The position numbers and the translations under genes are program-made. A stretch of DNA of 62,943 bases, the filler included, from Trichomonas gallinae (lineage: Eukaryota), in the NCBI GenBank assembly GCA_008369845.1. It is 11 parts of 11 records of this genome, joined end to end, with 100 filler letters (N's around TTAATTAATTAA, not from the genome) between each part and the next. Parts side by side here need not be neighbours in the genome. Positions count along the whole stretch, not along the records: positions 9,687 to 16,074 come from MRSU01000264.1; positions 16,175 to 19,624 come from MRSU01000265.1; positions 19,725 to 22,575 come from MRSU01000267.1; 8 more parts are not named here. One strand, given 5' to 3'. Shown here in pieces: positions 11,124 through 21,127 of the stretch. The notes beneath the pieces were generated by a model. That model searched no databases and was not told the origin of the DNA. It saw only the letters and a list, made by a program, of their open reading frames with translations. How positions within the stretch are numbered: position 1 is the stretch's first letter; each line of letters opens with the position of its first letter.

Positions 11124-11552
11124 ATGATTCGCTTTTTCCTCGTCTTCAACAGGCAGGGATCTGTCCGTCTCGTTAAATGGTACACACCATACACAAACGC
11201 TGAGAAGGAGAAGCTGAAAGTCGATATTCACCGCCTCGTCTGCCGTCGTGCTGCAAATCTCACAAATGTCCTTGAATACAAGAACTACAAAATTATCTAC
11301 CGCCCATACGCAGCCCTTTTCATGTGCATGTGCGTAGACTCCAACGACAATGAGTTTGCCATCCTCGAAACAATCCATCTCTTTGTCGAAGTCATGGATA
11401 TGTACTTCGGAAAGGTTCGTGAACTAGACCTTCTGCTGCAATTCCATAAAGTTTACGCCATCCTCGATGAATTCATCGTTGCCGGCGAAGTTGGCGAATG
11501 CAACAAACAGGTTATTGTTGATCGTATGAAGATGCTTGACGGACTTGCATAA
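11124..11552 (+). CDS. AP2S1: Clathrin adaptor small (sigma) subunit, most like AP-2 sigma
   Basis: 142 aa; MIRFFLVFNRQGSVRLVKWY..KIIYRPYAALF..IHLFVEVMDMYFGKVRELDL. Confidence 0.85.
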   Translation: MIRFFLVFNRQGSVRLVKWYTPYTNAEKEKLKVDIHRLVCRRAANLTNVLEYKNYKIIYRPYAALFMCMCVDSNDNEFAILETIHLFVEVMDMYFGKVRELDLLLQFHKVYAILDEFIVAGEVGECNKQVIVDRMKMLDGLA

Positions 11553-11669
11553 ATTCTATTGGAATACAAGTGTAGTCATAAAATCAATGATTCATAAATG
11601 AGAAATACCTCAACTATTAAAAAATGACTTTTTTTATTTAATTACAAAAAACAAATAAATATTTACACC

Positions 11670-14219
11670 TTACCCACCGTTAAGGGCTGAGCGTATATTC
11701 GCGTAGAAACTGCCTACTTCTGAGTCAATCTGCGATGGACCTCTTTCCATCATTGCTCGCCACTGCTCCATAAGCTGGGGAACGCAGCTTCCGCTCAGTC
11801 CCAGTTCATACAGTGACCTCTCAACGATGGAAACCGCGGTATTTGTATCGCCATTGTATACTCTAGCGATTATTTTCATGGCTTGCCTCATAACTCGCCT
11901 CCATGATACGTTTATGTCCGATATGGCGAGGTTTTTCGCGCAAAGGATCAAGTATCTGATGAGCTCTTGAATGCCAGAATAAACTTCGGCCAATCCGAAG
12001 TATTCGTCACTTATGGAGTATACAAACGTCAATGCGTCCATTGAAATCTCGGAAACATTAATTAAATTTTCTACGATATGTAAAACCATCTTAATTGTCT
12101 CCGGGATGATGACATTTGGATCCACACGCATCGACTTTGTGACGAATTTGAAGTAATACTTCATAAACTCGCGAGATTGTTTGGCAAACTCATTGCAATC
12201 CGACCAATCCACGGATTCGCTCAATACCTCATTGATGAAGTTCTGCGCGTGGGCAAATAGAGGCGCAATCCACTCTGTTTCTGTGGTTTTGTCGCACATT
12301 TGGCTGGCAATGTTGCACATCTGCGCCATTGACTCCAATCCTTCGACATACTCGAAAAGCTGAACGAATATCTGCAGGCAATCGGTATCAAGAACATTCC
12401 ACATTGATGCGATCGCTCTGGCCATATATGAATCTTTCGATCCTTCAAACTCGCCATCTGTTATTGTTGAGATGAAGAAATTGATAAGTTCGAAGCAGCT
12501 CTGCTTAAAGTTTGGATCTTTTATCAGCTGGATCTGTTCAATGAATGGCAAACATAATCCATGGAAATTCGAAGCTAAAACTTCCTTGCACATGTTAAAT
12601 GCCTCCAAAACGCTCTCCTGCGGAACATATTTAAGCGCTCTAGCTGCAAGAGCTGCATAATCTTGGTTTCCTGTCGAAATTAATAAATAAGGAATTTCTG
12701 GATTAACGACTGCGCCTTTCATCATTAAGGACTTAATAAGCGCAGAGAACTTTGGTGCGTATTCTGCTGGACTATCTGTGTTAATTGCATGTGATGCAAT
12801 TGTATTTAAGCAATCTTGCTGAATCGGCCTAGATTTCTTTTTAGCTACAAATTCTATGTACTGTGTTATAGCCAAGTACTCTGGGTACTCTGCTGGCGGT
12901 GTGATATTTGTAATAATCTCAGAGAATGAGACAATTAAAACTTCTTCAGCTTCTTGTTGCAATCTCATATGCAAAGCAACATTGAAATAAGCTCCAATTG
13001 TGAGTAAGTCTGTGTTATCAATGATTTTGAGCAGCTCAACAATTTGCTGTGAATTCAAATGTTTCACAATAATATTTAGCAGTGTTTGAGCGAAATCACT
13101 GAGTTCAAAAGTTGGTGTTGAGAAGTATACAACGAATCTCTGGAAGCATAATTGAACTATTTCGCCAATATTATTTGCATCAGCGAATTTATCGACGTAA
13201 AGCTTAATAAAATCGATAACACTTTCTGAAACAAACTCATTTGGTAATCCTAAGTAATTCATTGCATTTTGGAAGCAAGCATTCAAGAGAATTAAAATAT
13301 TTTCTGATCTTTGGTCTTTGAGGACAAAATCAATGCATTTCTTACCCATTGTTGAGTACAGGCATGCAACTAATGATAAAATATTCTCATCTTCTGTCTC
13401 AACGCTTTGTAATCTTGTAATGATTTCTTTAGAATCTATAAAATCGACGAATTCTTGTGGACCCATTGGTGAACCAAGGAGTCCATCTAAAATCTTGCAT
13501 GCTGTTTCGCGTTGGCTTTCTTGTTGATTAATATCACCATTTTGAAGTTCTGATGATGCTTGCTCTGGCATTGTAATGACATTAAGTATGGTATCTATGG
13601 CAGGGTGTCTGATTTGCTCTGGAGTCACCCATGTTAAAATATCAAGTAATAAATTCAAACTTTCTTTTCTACCAGTTAAAATTGTATCTAATGCAATTGA
13701 TAAGAGATGCTGATTCAAGCCGTACTCTTCCATTGCCGCCAAAATGTTCGTTTGTTCAGATGGTAAATCTTTTAATGTTGAGAAGAGAACATCCAAAAAT
13801 GGAAAGAGTATATCATGATTTATGTTGAATATTTGTGTGAACATGTCTCGAAATTGATAGATATGAATTGATAATAAAGTTTGAACTTTGCAAAGTGTGT
13901 AAAGCGCGTTTTGTGGTAGTCCTATGAATTTTAATGATGTTTCAAATACAATTTGATATAAGTCTGGCATAAGATTTGGAAAATTCGAATTAATTTCATC
14001 CCAGCGGTTAATCATCCAATCTTTGATGATCAATAATGCGTATAAAGCTGGTTTGTATGCCAAAGATCCAGATAAATAGTGCATTGACCATTGAAATCCA
14101 ATAATGTCTGATTGAAATTGCTGTGAACGCATGTGAAATTCATTCAGCATGTTAGGATCAACGCCTATACCACTGGAAAGAACAACATTTATCATCTGAA
14201 GAATTTCTTGGTCCTGCAT
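11670..14219 (-). CDS. Large all-helical ARM/HEAT-type protein, possibly karyopherin-beta (exportin-like)
   Basis: About 849 aa from ATG 14219. N-terminal LYALLIIKDWMINRWDEI resembles the importin-beta N-terminal motif. Family assignment is tentative. Confidence 0.55.
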   Translation of the reverse strand: MQDQEILQMINVVLSSGIGVDPNMLNEFHMRSQQFQSDIIGFQWSMHYLSGSLAYKPALYALLIIKDWMINRWDEINSNFPNLMPDLYQIVFETSLKFIGLPQNALYTLCKVQTLLSIHIYQFRDMFTQIFNINHDILFPFLDVLFSTLKDLPSEQTNILAAMEEYGLNQHLLSIALDTILTGRKESLNLLLDILTWVTPEQIRHPAIDTILNVITMPEQASSELQNGDINQQESQRETACKILDGLLGSPMGPQEFVDFIDSKEIITRLQSVETEDENILSLVACLYSTMGKKCIDFVLKDQRSENILILLNACFQNAMNYLGLPNEFVSESVIDFIKLYVDKFADANNIGEIVQLCFQRFVVYFSTPTFELSDFAQTLLNIIVKHLNSQQIVELLKIIDNTDLLTIGAYFNVALHMRLQQEAEEVLIVSFSEIITNITPPAEYPEYLAITQYIEFVAKKKSRPIQQDCLNTIASHAINTDSPAEYAPKFSALIKSLMMKGAVVNPEIPYLLISTGNQDYAALAARALKYVPQESVLEAFNMCKEVLASNFHGLCLPFIEQIQLIKDPNFKQSCFELINFFISTITDGEFEGSKDSYMARAIASMWNVLDTDCLQIFVQLFEYVEGLESMAQMCNIASQMCDKTTETEWIAPLFAHAQNFINEVLSESVDWSDCNEFAKQSREFMKYYFKFVTKSMRVDPNVIIPETIKMVLHIVENLINVSEISMDALTFVYSISDEYFGLAEVYSGIQELIRYLILCAKNLAISDINVSWRRVMRQAMKIIARVYNGDTNTAVSIVERSLYELGLSGSCVPQLMEQWRAMMERGPSQIDSEVGSFYANIRSALNGG

Positions 14220-14542
14220 TTTCTGCAAAAATTTTGCTAAAGACAAAATTCAAATTTTTGTCATGTAAAGTTATTTATTTGAAAAAATTAATATTTCAAT
14301 ATGTCGAAAGAAAAATCGATCAATGCAATATTCGCGCAGCCAGTTACAGACCGTGTCCACAGAGGCACAGGATCAAATAACTAATAAAAATATCGAATAT
14401 CTGGGAAAAAATCCAATCAAAACCAAATAACTTTGTTAAAATTTTATATATATTTATTTAAATCAAATCACAACAGAATTTTGATGTTAATGAAGCTTTG
14501 AGATGTTAAATTGCCAAAATCTATCTCGTGGTTCCTGTAATA

Positions 14543-14768
14543 GATGTCCACAGAAAAGGCACTGACAATAAAACAGCCTTGATTTATGCTTCAGAAAAAA
14601 GGTCATCAAACTACTTCTCATTGTTTACGGAATAGACATCAACAGATAAAAAACAAAGACAATATAACAGCTCTGATTTGTGCTTCATATAATGGTCATC
14701 GTGATGTTGCCAAACTCCTTCTCATTAATATTTCAACGACATCAAAATACAATCCATACACAATTTAG
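14543..14768 (+). pseudogene. Degraded ankyrin-repeat fragment
   Basis: DNKTALIYASEK (frameshift) GH.. and KDNITALICASYNGHRDVAKLLL lie in different frames. Confidence 0.7.
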
Positions 14769-14811
14769 TATTCTGAGCAATCATAGAGAATTTTTTTCGA
14801 GGCTAGGACAT

Positions 14812-14929
14812 AGTTGCGCTATCGTTCAGGAGTTGACATGTAAAGTGCCATATTTTTATATGTAATGTCATTAAATTTTCCTTCTTTCATGTTCATTCGT
14901 GCCTACTTGTGAAAAACGATAGCGCAACT
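14812..14929. mobile_element. MITE-like element with perfect 15-bp terminal inverted repeats
   Basis: AGTTGCGCTATCGTT (14812-14826) and AACGATAGCGCAACT (14915-14929); no coding capacity; no clear TSD. Confidence 0.5.
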
Positions 14930-15152
14930 TTATTATAATCATCCAAAAATTTATTAAAAAATAAAAATCATCAATTTTTTAGTGAATTCTTAATTATTAT
15001 CATGTATATATATCAATATTCCAATTAATTTGGTTTTTCGACTCCACGCGACCAAACAAACAAGTTTAGTATTTTAGATGTACTCTGTATGGATATTAAT
15101 TCCGCTCAAAATAAAAGGTTTTACGCTCAAGATTTTAACCTTTTTCATTAAT

Positions 15153-15893
15153 ATGACTGCGAAAAAGACTCTTGTGCTCTTCGATATCGATGGTACACTA
15201 ACGCCATCGCGTCTTAAAGCTCCCCCGGAGGTCCTTGAGATGCTTAAAGAGTTGAGAAAAGTATGCACAGTTGGAGTAGTTGGCGGATCTGACTTACCAA
15301 AACAATATGATCAGTTGGGACTTGATGTCTTAGACATTGTTGACTACTCATTCTCCGAAAATGGACTTGTTGCTTACAAAGGTCACGAATTGATCGGAAA
15401 TACATCTATTCGTACTGTATTTTCTACCGAGCAGTACAAGAAATTCGTGAACTGGGTGCTTAGATACATCGCTGATCTCGATATACCAGTGAAATCAGGT
15501 ACATTTGTTGAGCTTCGTACAGGCTTGATTAATATTTGTCCAATAGGACGCAATTGCACACAACAAGAACGTAATGACTTTTACGAGCTAGATAAGGTTC
15601 AACATATACGCGCAAAAATGGTAGAAAATATAAAGAAAGCTTTTCCAGAATTGAAATTACAGTATTCAATAGGAGGTCAAATTTCATTTGATGTCTTTCC
15701 GATTGGATGGTCAAAAATATACTGTTTGAAGTTTGTCGAAGGCCAATATGATGAGATTCATTTCTTCGGTGATATGACATGCGAAGGAGGAAACGATTAC
15801 GAGATATATAATGACAAGAGAGTTATCGGACACACTGTTAAGGGTCCTACCGATACAGTTAAACAGATTAACGAATTATTCCTCAAAAAATAA
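15153..15893 (+). CDS. PMM: Phosphomannomutase (HAD-IIB, eukaryotic PMM)
   Basis: LFDIDGTLT, VGGSD, ENG, CPIGR, SIGGQISFDVFP, FFGD..GGNDYEI. ATG 15153 is preceded by Inr TCATT. Confidence 0.95.
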   Translation: MTAKKTLVLFDIDGTLTPSRLKAPPEVLEMLKELRKVCTVGVVGGSDLPKQYDQLGLDVLDIVDYSFSENGLVAYKGHELIGNTSIRTVFSTEQYKKFVNWVLRYIADLDIPVKSGTFVELRTGLINICPIGRNCTQQERNDFYELDKVQHIRAKMVENIKKAFPELKLQYSIGGQISFDVFPIGWSKIYCLKFVEGQYDEIHFFGDMTCEGGNDYEIYNDKRVIGHTVKGPTDTVKQINELFLKK

Positions 15894-16001
15894 TCAATAT
15901 AATCGCTAATATTAATAAATATGTAGATACTAGTTTATAAATTCGTCTATTTTTCATAGTTATGTCTACTCAATCAGTAAATAAAAATTGTTAGATTTTA
16001 A

Positions 16002-16388
16002 GGCTCGACCGACATAGTTAGTGAGGGGGTGACACCAAAATGGATTTTTCATTCATGGGTAGGGGGTCATGCATNNNNNNNNNNNNNNNNNNNNNNNNNN
16101 NNNNNNNNNNNNNNNNNNTTAATTAATTAANNNNNNNNNNNNNNNNNNNNNNNNNNNNNNNNNNNNNNNNNNNNCATAGCGTAATCGAGAATTAGTTTTT
16201 CCACCCATGAGAATTTTTAAAACTAATTCGACATAATTTTATGTTTTCCAGGATTCCCATATATAATAGAACCTATATTCTAAATATTACGGAGATTTTG
16301 AAAAAAAAAATCATCGCGACAAAGTGACAATACCCCATACCCCGTCATTTTAAAAACATGGGGTACCCCACCCCACTTTTCGACATCC
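16002..16388. mobile_element. Putative DNA-transposon termini flanking a gap (imperfect TIRs)
   Basis: The G-rich left arm (AGTGAGGGGGTGACACC..ATGGGTAGGGGGT) aligns with the reverse complement of the C-rich right arm (AGTGGGGTGGGGTACCCC..ACGGGTATGGGGT). Boundaries are TTAA|GG and CC|TTAT. Confidence 0.4.
16075..16174. other. Artificial contig linker
   Basis: Same 100-bp N/TTAATTAATTAA spacer. Confidence 0.97.
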
Positions 16389-16949
16389 TTATTGTAACAC
16401 ATGAAAATACTTTTTTTGTGGCTATGAGAATTCTAGTTTGCTTATGTACAAAATTGATGGAGCAGCTGTAAAAGCCATTAGCTTCAAAAGTTATATGATT
16501 CTTTATGCTGATGTTCCATAGAGTCTGCTTCTCTGAATAATGCAACATCGAGAAAAAAAAATCTCGCATTTGCTTTGTTGTTGATATAACTATGTTCTGT
16601 ATAATGAGCTTCAAGGCATATAAATATGTGTGGAATGCTACTGAAAAAGTACACATCAAAATAAAGATTTATTTACCAAAAACATGTCGTAGCTAACATT
16701 GATATTTACATCGCAATTATTAGATTACATGTCAAAAATATACTTTATTTGTCAAAAAAGGTCAAAAAGTGAAAAATGATCACTTTTGGTGTTTGCCACT
16801 CAATAAAATTTTCAGAGTTATTAACGTACGTAAAAATTAAAATCAATTAAAAATGTTTTTAAATCAAGTCAAATAATTAATTCTATAATAAATAAAATTT
16901 CCCCTGCAAAACTAAAAATTTTTCGTTGAAAATTTTTCATAAATTTAGA

Positions 16950-17396
16950 ATGCGTCCTTGTTCTCCATATTTCGTTCGCTCAACAGCAACAGAACTTGAT
17001 GAAGCACAGTCAAGACTTGATGATGATCCATCGTTCGAAAACATGTTCTCTTTTGCTAAGTGCTTAGCCACAAGTGATGATCCAGCAAATGTTGCTAAGT
17101 CAATTGCCTACATTGAATCATTGCTTGGAACTCAGAAATCATTAGAAAAAGACACAGAGCTTAGAGAACTCAGAATTTTCGCCTTTTATAGATTAAAACA
17201 TGATAGTGATTGCAAGAAAGCCATTGATTCCGCAAAAGCAACAAAGCATAACAGCAAGATCATCCCATCTATTGAAGAATACTATAAAAACGAGTTAATC
17301 ACTGACATTTCAGTCGGCGTTGGTATTGGCTCCGTTGTTGTTGGTGCAGCAGCATTTATTTTGGGAGCAATATTCAGCAGAAAGAAGAGAAATTAA
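16950..17396 (+). CDS. FIS1: Fis1-like tail-anchored TPR protein
   Basis: MFSFAKCLATS..SIAYIESLL..FAFYRLK aligns with Fis1 (QFEYAWCLVRS..GIVLLEELL..GNYRLK); Gly-rich C-terminal TM followed by basic tail SRKKRN. Confidence 0.7.
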   Translation: MRPCSPYFVRSTATELDEAQSRLDDDPSFENMFSFAKCLATSDDPANVAKSIAYIESLLGTQKSLEKDTELRELRIFAFYRLKHDSDCKKAIDSAKATKHNSKIIPSIEEYYKNELITDISVGVGIGSVVVGAAAFILGAIFSRKKRN

Positions 17397-17657
17397 TGAA
17401 AAATTTTATTAATAATTTGTCAAAAAAGAGTAATTATTGCATGAACTCTGCAGTTCAAGCGCAGAATAACTATGTTATTAAAAATTTCCATTATTTTTAA
17501 AATATTTATTGAGAAATATTATTTTCGTTAAATTCATCAATAACTATTATATATATATATATGAGATGTGTAGTTGCTTGACGATGCAATTTTTTTTTGT
17601 ATTTTGATATGAAAAAAATATGAAGTCGTTTAGTGAACAAAATAAATACATATTTAC

Positions 17658-19031
17658 TCACATGATTCTACAGTTATCGCCTGCATTAATATTTCTGCCT
17701 GCATTGAGATAATTTTCTATTGCAGCTTTAATATCGCCTTCAGGTGCATTTTGTATTATACGGCGTAGGTCTTCGATTGGAATAGTTCGAATTTCGAGTT
17801 CATTAAGTAATTCGTCAAGTCTGTCTAGATAATCAATATCAAAATCATAATTTTCAAAGAAAGGCTCTAAATCATCAAGCATGTGTTGATCTCCTGACTC
17901 TGCATATCCTTCTATAAAAACTGTGAAATAGGTTTTCAATGTATCATCTGTTTCATCATCTTCATCTGGATTTTCATCATTTGAATCATCATGATGATCT
18001 TCAATATAGTCAAAATTGTCCTGGTTATCGTTTAAATTAAATTTACCTTCAACATTTGCTCTTTTTTCTATTTCAATGATTTGGCTCTCAGTGAGAATCA
18101 AATCTGGCACAAGTGCTCTAAAATCTCTCTCAATATCCGTAATTTTGATGTCACATTCGGTAGCTTTGATCAAAAAGCGATACATCCAATCAATATCATT
18201 TTGTGGAATAACAAGCGCGCCATGTTTGCCTTCATCCAAATATCGGTTGTAAACAGCTTGTAAATATATCTTTTCGTAGTCGAATTTGATGTTTTTCAAA
18301 ATCGAATTTTGTGCAACGAAATCTGGAAGGTCATAGAATACTTGAACATCGTCTGTATGCTGAAATATATCCTCTACAACGCTGAATAAACAATCAGGAT
18401 CCAAATAAACTCTTAAAGCGAGATTGTCCATTGTTTGTTGACCGATTTTCATATGAGGATCTGTAGCTTCTTTGATGACTTTCTCTATATTTCCATTTAG
18501 TAAGTCTTTTTCTGCTTTTTCAAGATTGTCCTGGTTGAGTAAAAGCGCAACTTCGCATCTTTGTTTTGTAAAGCCTAAACTCATGAGTTTTTCAAGTGGG
18601 TCAAGTTTTGTGGACTGTATTGCTAAATGGGTTAACGGCTGTAGTTCGTTTTGGATCGTATTTGAATCAGGCAATTCTTTATTCTTATACAAAAGCTTGA
18701 CTCCTGAATCTTTTAGCTGTGGGAATACATTTCTGACGTAATTTTTGATTGTCGAGCATTTATCTTTTGGAATTACGAAAATTTGCTTTACTTGGTCTTC
18801 GTATTTAACATATAATGGTAATTGGAGTGATAGTGTATAGCTTCCTTTGTCATCAATAATCTCTTTGTCTGGAATTCTCCTTCCTTGCTTAAATACTTTG
18901 ATTTCCATATCTTTTGCGTTTGGATTCAAGCTTTGATATGCTTGCTTTAAATTCAAGATGGTTCCCTTGCTTTTAACATCTAATTTTACAGATTTATTGC
19001 CATCAGATGCAACAACAACCTGAATATTCAT
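17658..19031 (-). CDS. Tandem ubiquitin-like (2x UBL) plus UBA domain protein
   Basis: Two UBL-like segments (TILNLKQ..VFKQGRRIPD; STIKNYV..LLYKNKELPDSNTI), then LEKLMSLGFTKQRCEVALLLNQDNLEKAEKDLL (UBA) and an acidic C-terminus. Confidence 0.7.
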   Translation of the reverse strand: MNIQVVVASDGNKSVKLDVKSKGTILNLKQAYQSLNPNAKDMEIKVFKQGRRIPDKEIIDDKGSYTLSLQLPLYVKYEDQVKQIFVIPKDKCSTIKNYVRNVFPQLKDSGVKLLYKNKELPDSNTIQNELQPLTHLAIQSTKLDPLEKLMSLGFTKQRCEVALLLNQDNLEKAEKDLLNGNIEKVIKEATDPHMKIGQQTMDNLALRVYLDPDCLFSVVEDIFQHTDDVQVFYDLPDFVAQNSILKNIKFDYEKIYLQAVYNRYLDEGKHGALVIPQNDIDWMYRFLIKATECDIKITDIERDFRALVPDLILTESQIIEIEKRANVEGKFNLNDNQDNFDYIEDHHDDSNDENPDEDDETDDTLKTYFTVFIEGYAESGDQHMLDDLEPFFENYDFDIDYLDRLDELLNELEIRTIPIEDLRRIIQNAPEGDIKAAIENYLNAGRNINAGDNCRIM

Positions 19032-19180
19032 CCAACAAAAAAAATTTTAGTTGCTCAAATGGAAATTTTAAACTTTTTGTTTTATGGTCATTCAATTGAT
19101 CATAGCTTATACTTCATATTTTTTAATTTTGTTCGTCAAAATAAATTTTTTTAGGCGGAAAAATTTTATTTTTCTGCCAA

Positions 19181-19532
19181 TTTACATGTCAAAAACATTC
19201 AAAACATAGCAAAATTGTTCATTACATGACAATTTTAATGGCAAAATAATATGGATACATGGGAAACTGATCTTTACGTGTCAATTATGATCGATGATTC
19301 TGACCTTACCTTATTAATAGTCTGAGAATAAAGGTGAGTTAAAGAATTGACTTTTATTGAGGAACTGAATGAACTTGTCTGTTGGGATTAGACTCATATT
19401 AAAAATGAAGAAAATTTTACGTTCAATAGCATTTCTCGAATGTTTGCTGGTATATTAAAAAAACCATTACATGTCAATTGATAGTTTTACGTGTCAATGT
19501 TTTGCACGTCAAAAAATAAGTTTTACACGTCA
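19181..19532 (+). promoter_or_regulatory. Cluster of about 7 TTACRYGWCA motifs
   Basis: Copies at 19181, 19222, 19273, 19467, 19486, 19501 (variant) and 19522, all on the same strand. Confidence 0.45.
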
Positions 19533-19624
19533 ATAATAAAATCGAGAAGTGATTCAACTCGATTTTTTGCGAATTTCAAACTAATTTTGTGATAATTAGA
19601 ATTGTTGATATGTGTGATTTATGA

Positions 19625-19724
19625 NNNNNNNNNNNNNNNNNNNNNNNNNNNNNNNNNNNNNNNNNNNNTTAATTAATTAANNNNNNNNNNNNNNNNNNNN
19701 NNNNNNNNNNNNNNNNNNNNNNNN
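19625..19724. other. Artificial contig linker
   Basis: Same spacer. Confidence 0.97.
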
Positions 19725-19725
19725 G

Positions 19726-20052
19726 ATTGAATTTGGTGCAGACAAAGAATCCAAAGATCAAGCAGGTCGCACAGCAATCTTCCACGCAGTTTCAGGTAAC
19801 AATGCTGAATCGCTTTCGAAGCTAATCAAACTTGGCTCAAACATTGTGTCACGAGACAATTTAGGCCAAACGCCTCTTCTTTATGCATCTGGAAGCAAGA
19901 CGAATTTGTCCAATGCAGCTGCCATACTCATTGAATCAGGAGCAGATATCAATTCGGTAGATAATGAAAGCACCACATCATTAGCCTATGCAAAGAAAGT
20001 CAGTAATCAATACATTGCTTTTAAACTTGAACATAAGCAAAAGTCTAATTAA
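19726..20052 (+). CDS. Ankyrin-repeat protein, C-terminal part (5' lost in gap)
   Basis: Open frame from the contig start: IEFGADKESKDQAGRTAIFHAV..DNLGQTPLLYAS..ESGADINSVD. Confidence 0.85.
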   Translation: MEFGADKESKDQAGRTAIFHAVSGNNAESLSKLIKLGSNIVSRDNLGQTPLLYASGSKTNLSNAAAILIESGADINSVDNESTTSLAYAKKVSNQYIAFKLEHKQKSN

Positions 20053-20224
20053 AATCTCAACAATGCAAATATCGCTAAAACCAAAACGCACACACATCGA
20101 AGTTTGAGGTCTTCCGAATTGTTAATGAAGTCAAAATCAAAATTAAACAAAATCATGAAATAGTTGCACAAATGCCTTTATTTTATTATTATACAATAAA
20201 ATTTGTATTATTTTTTAAATATCT

Positions 20225-20841
20225 GGTGGGCTTGCAGCTCTTATTGCCAATGTTCATATATATATAAAATGAAGAAGTGCAGATAATATGCAACATGTCC
20301 AATCAAAAATTATCAATCAGGAAATAACTGTTATGACTTCAAGCATTTCAACATGTACTCAATGTGTAAATGGATATAAGCTTTATAGAATCAGTTACAT
20401 TCAAACATATTCAGATAGAACGCATCCATCAGGTAATTCTTGTTATGATTGTAGCACGAATTGCCAAACATGTTCCGTTAATTCTACTTGCACTCAATTG
20501 CTACCAAATTTGCTCTGTAGGAACTTTACAATTAAGAAACAGTTGTTATTTATAATCCCGATTGTCCAGCACGAACATTTCAATCGGATAATAATTGTTA
20601 AGATTGTAGTAGAAAATGTCGAAGCTGTTCAATGGTTTTAAATACAAAAAAGGAAGTTGCCTTCAATATTGTCCTGCAGGAACTTTCTTTCTATTCACAG
20701 TGTCCAGAAAGAACATTTTTTAGTCATAATTCATGTTACAGTTGCTCTTCTAGTTGTTCAAAATGTTTAGATAAAGATAAATGCGAAATTTGTGACAAAG
20801 GATTTACCTTACATAATGACTTTTGTAAATTAAGTAATTGA
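20225..20841 (+). pseudogene. Frameshifted furin-like Cys-rich (CXXC) repeat gene
   Basis: CXXC fragments in several frames; 20690-20815 is clearly homologous to 21817-21942 of the downstream gene. Confidence 0.75.
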
Positions 20842-21127
20842 AATTGTGAATAAATATAAAACAATAGTTTTAAAATTCATAATGCTCTATGCATCATCTT
20901 CGTAATTTATTATCATATTTCGATTTCCACGCCTGTAAAATATTCAAAATTTTATTTTTTTAAATTGCTTTTTTAGATATTTGTTACTATATTTGCATAA
21001 TTTGTGATGAAATAACATATATCTCGAATAGTTGCATTATGATAACATAGAACAATTTAACTATGCAATTCATAAAGTTGTTCAAAAACAAATTTAAAAC
21101 AATTATCAAGAAATTTTTGAACTGAAA

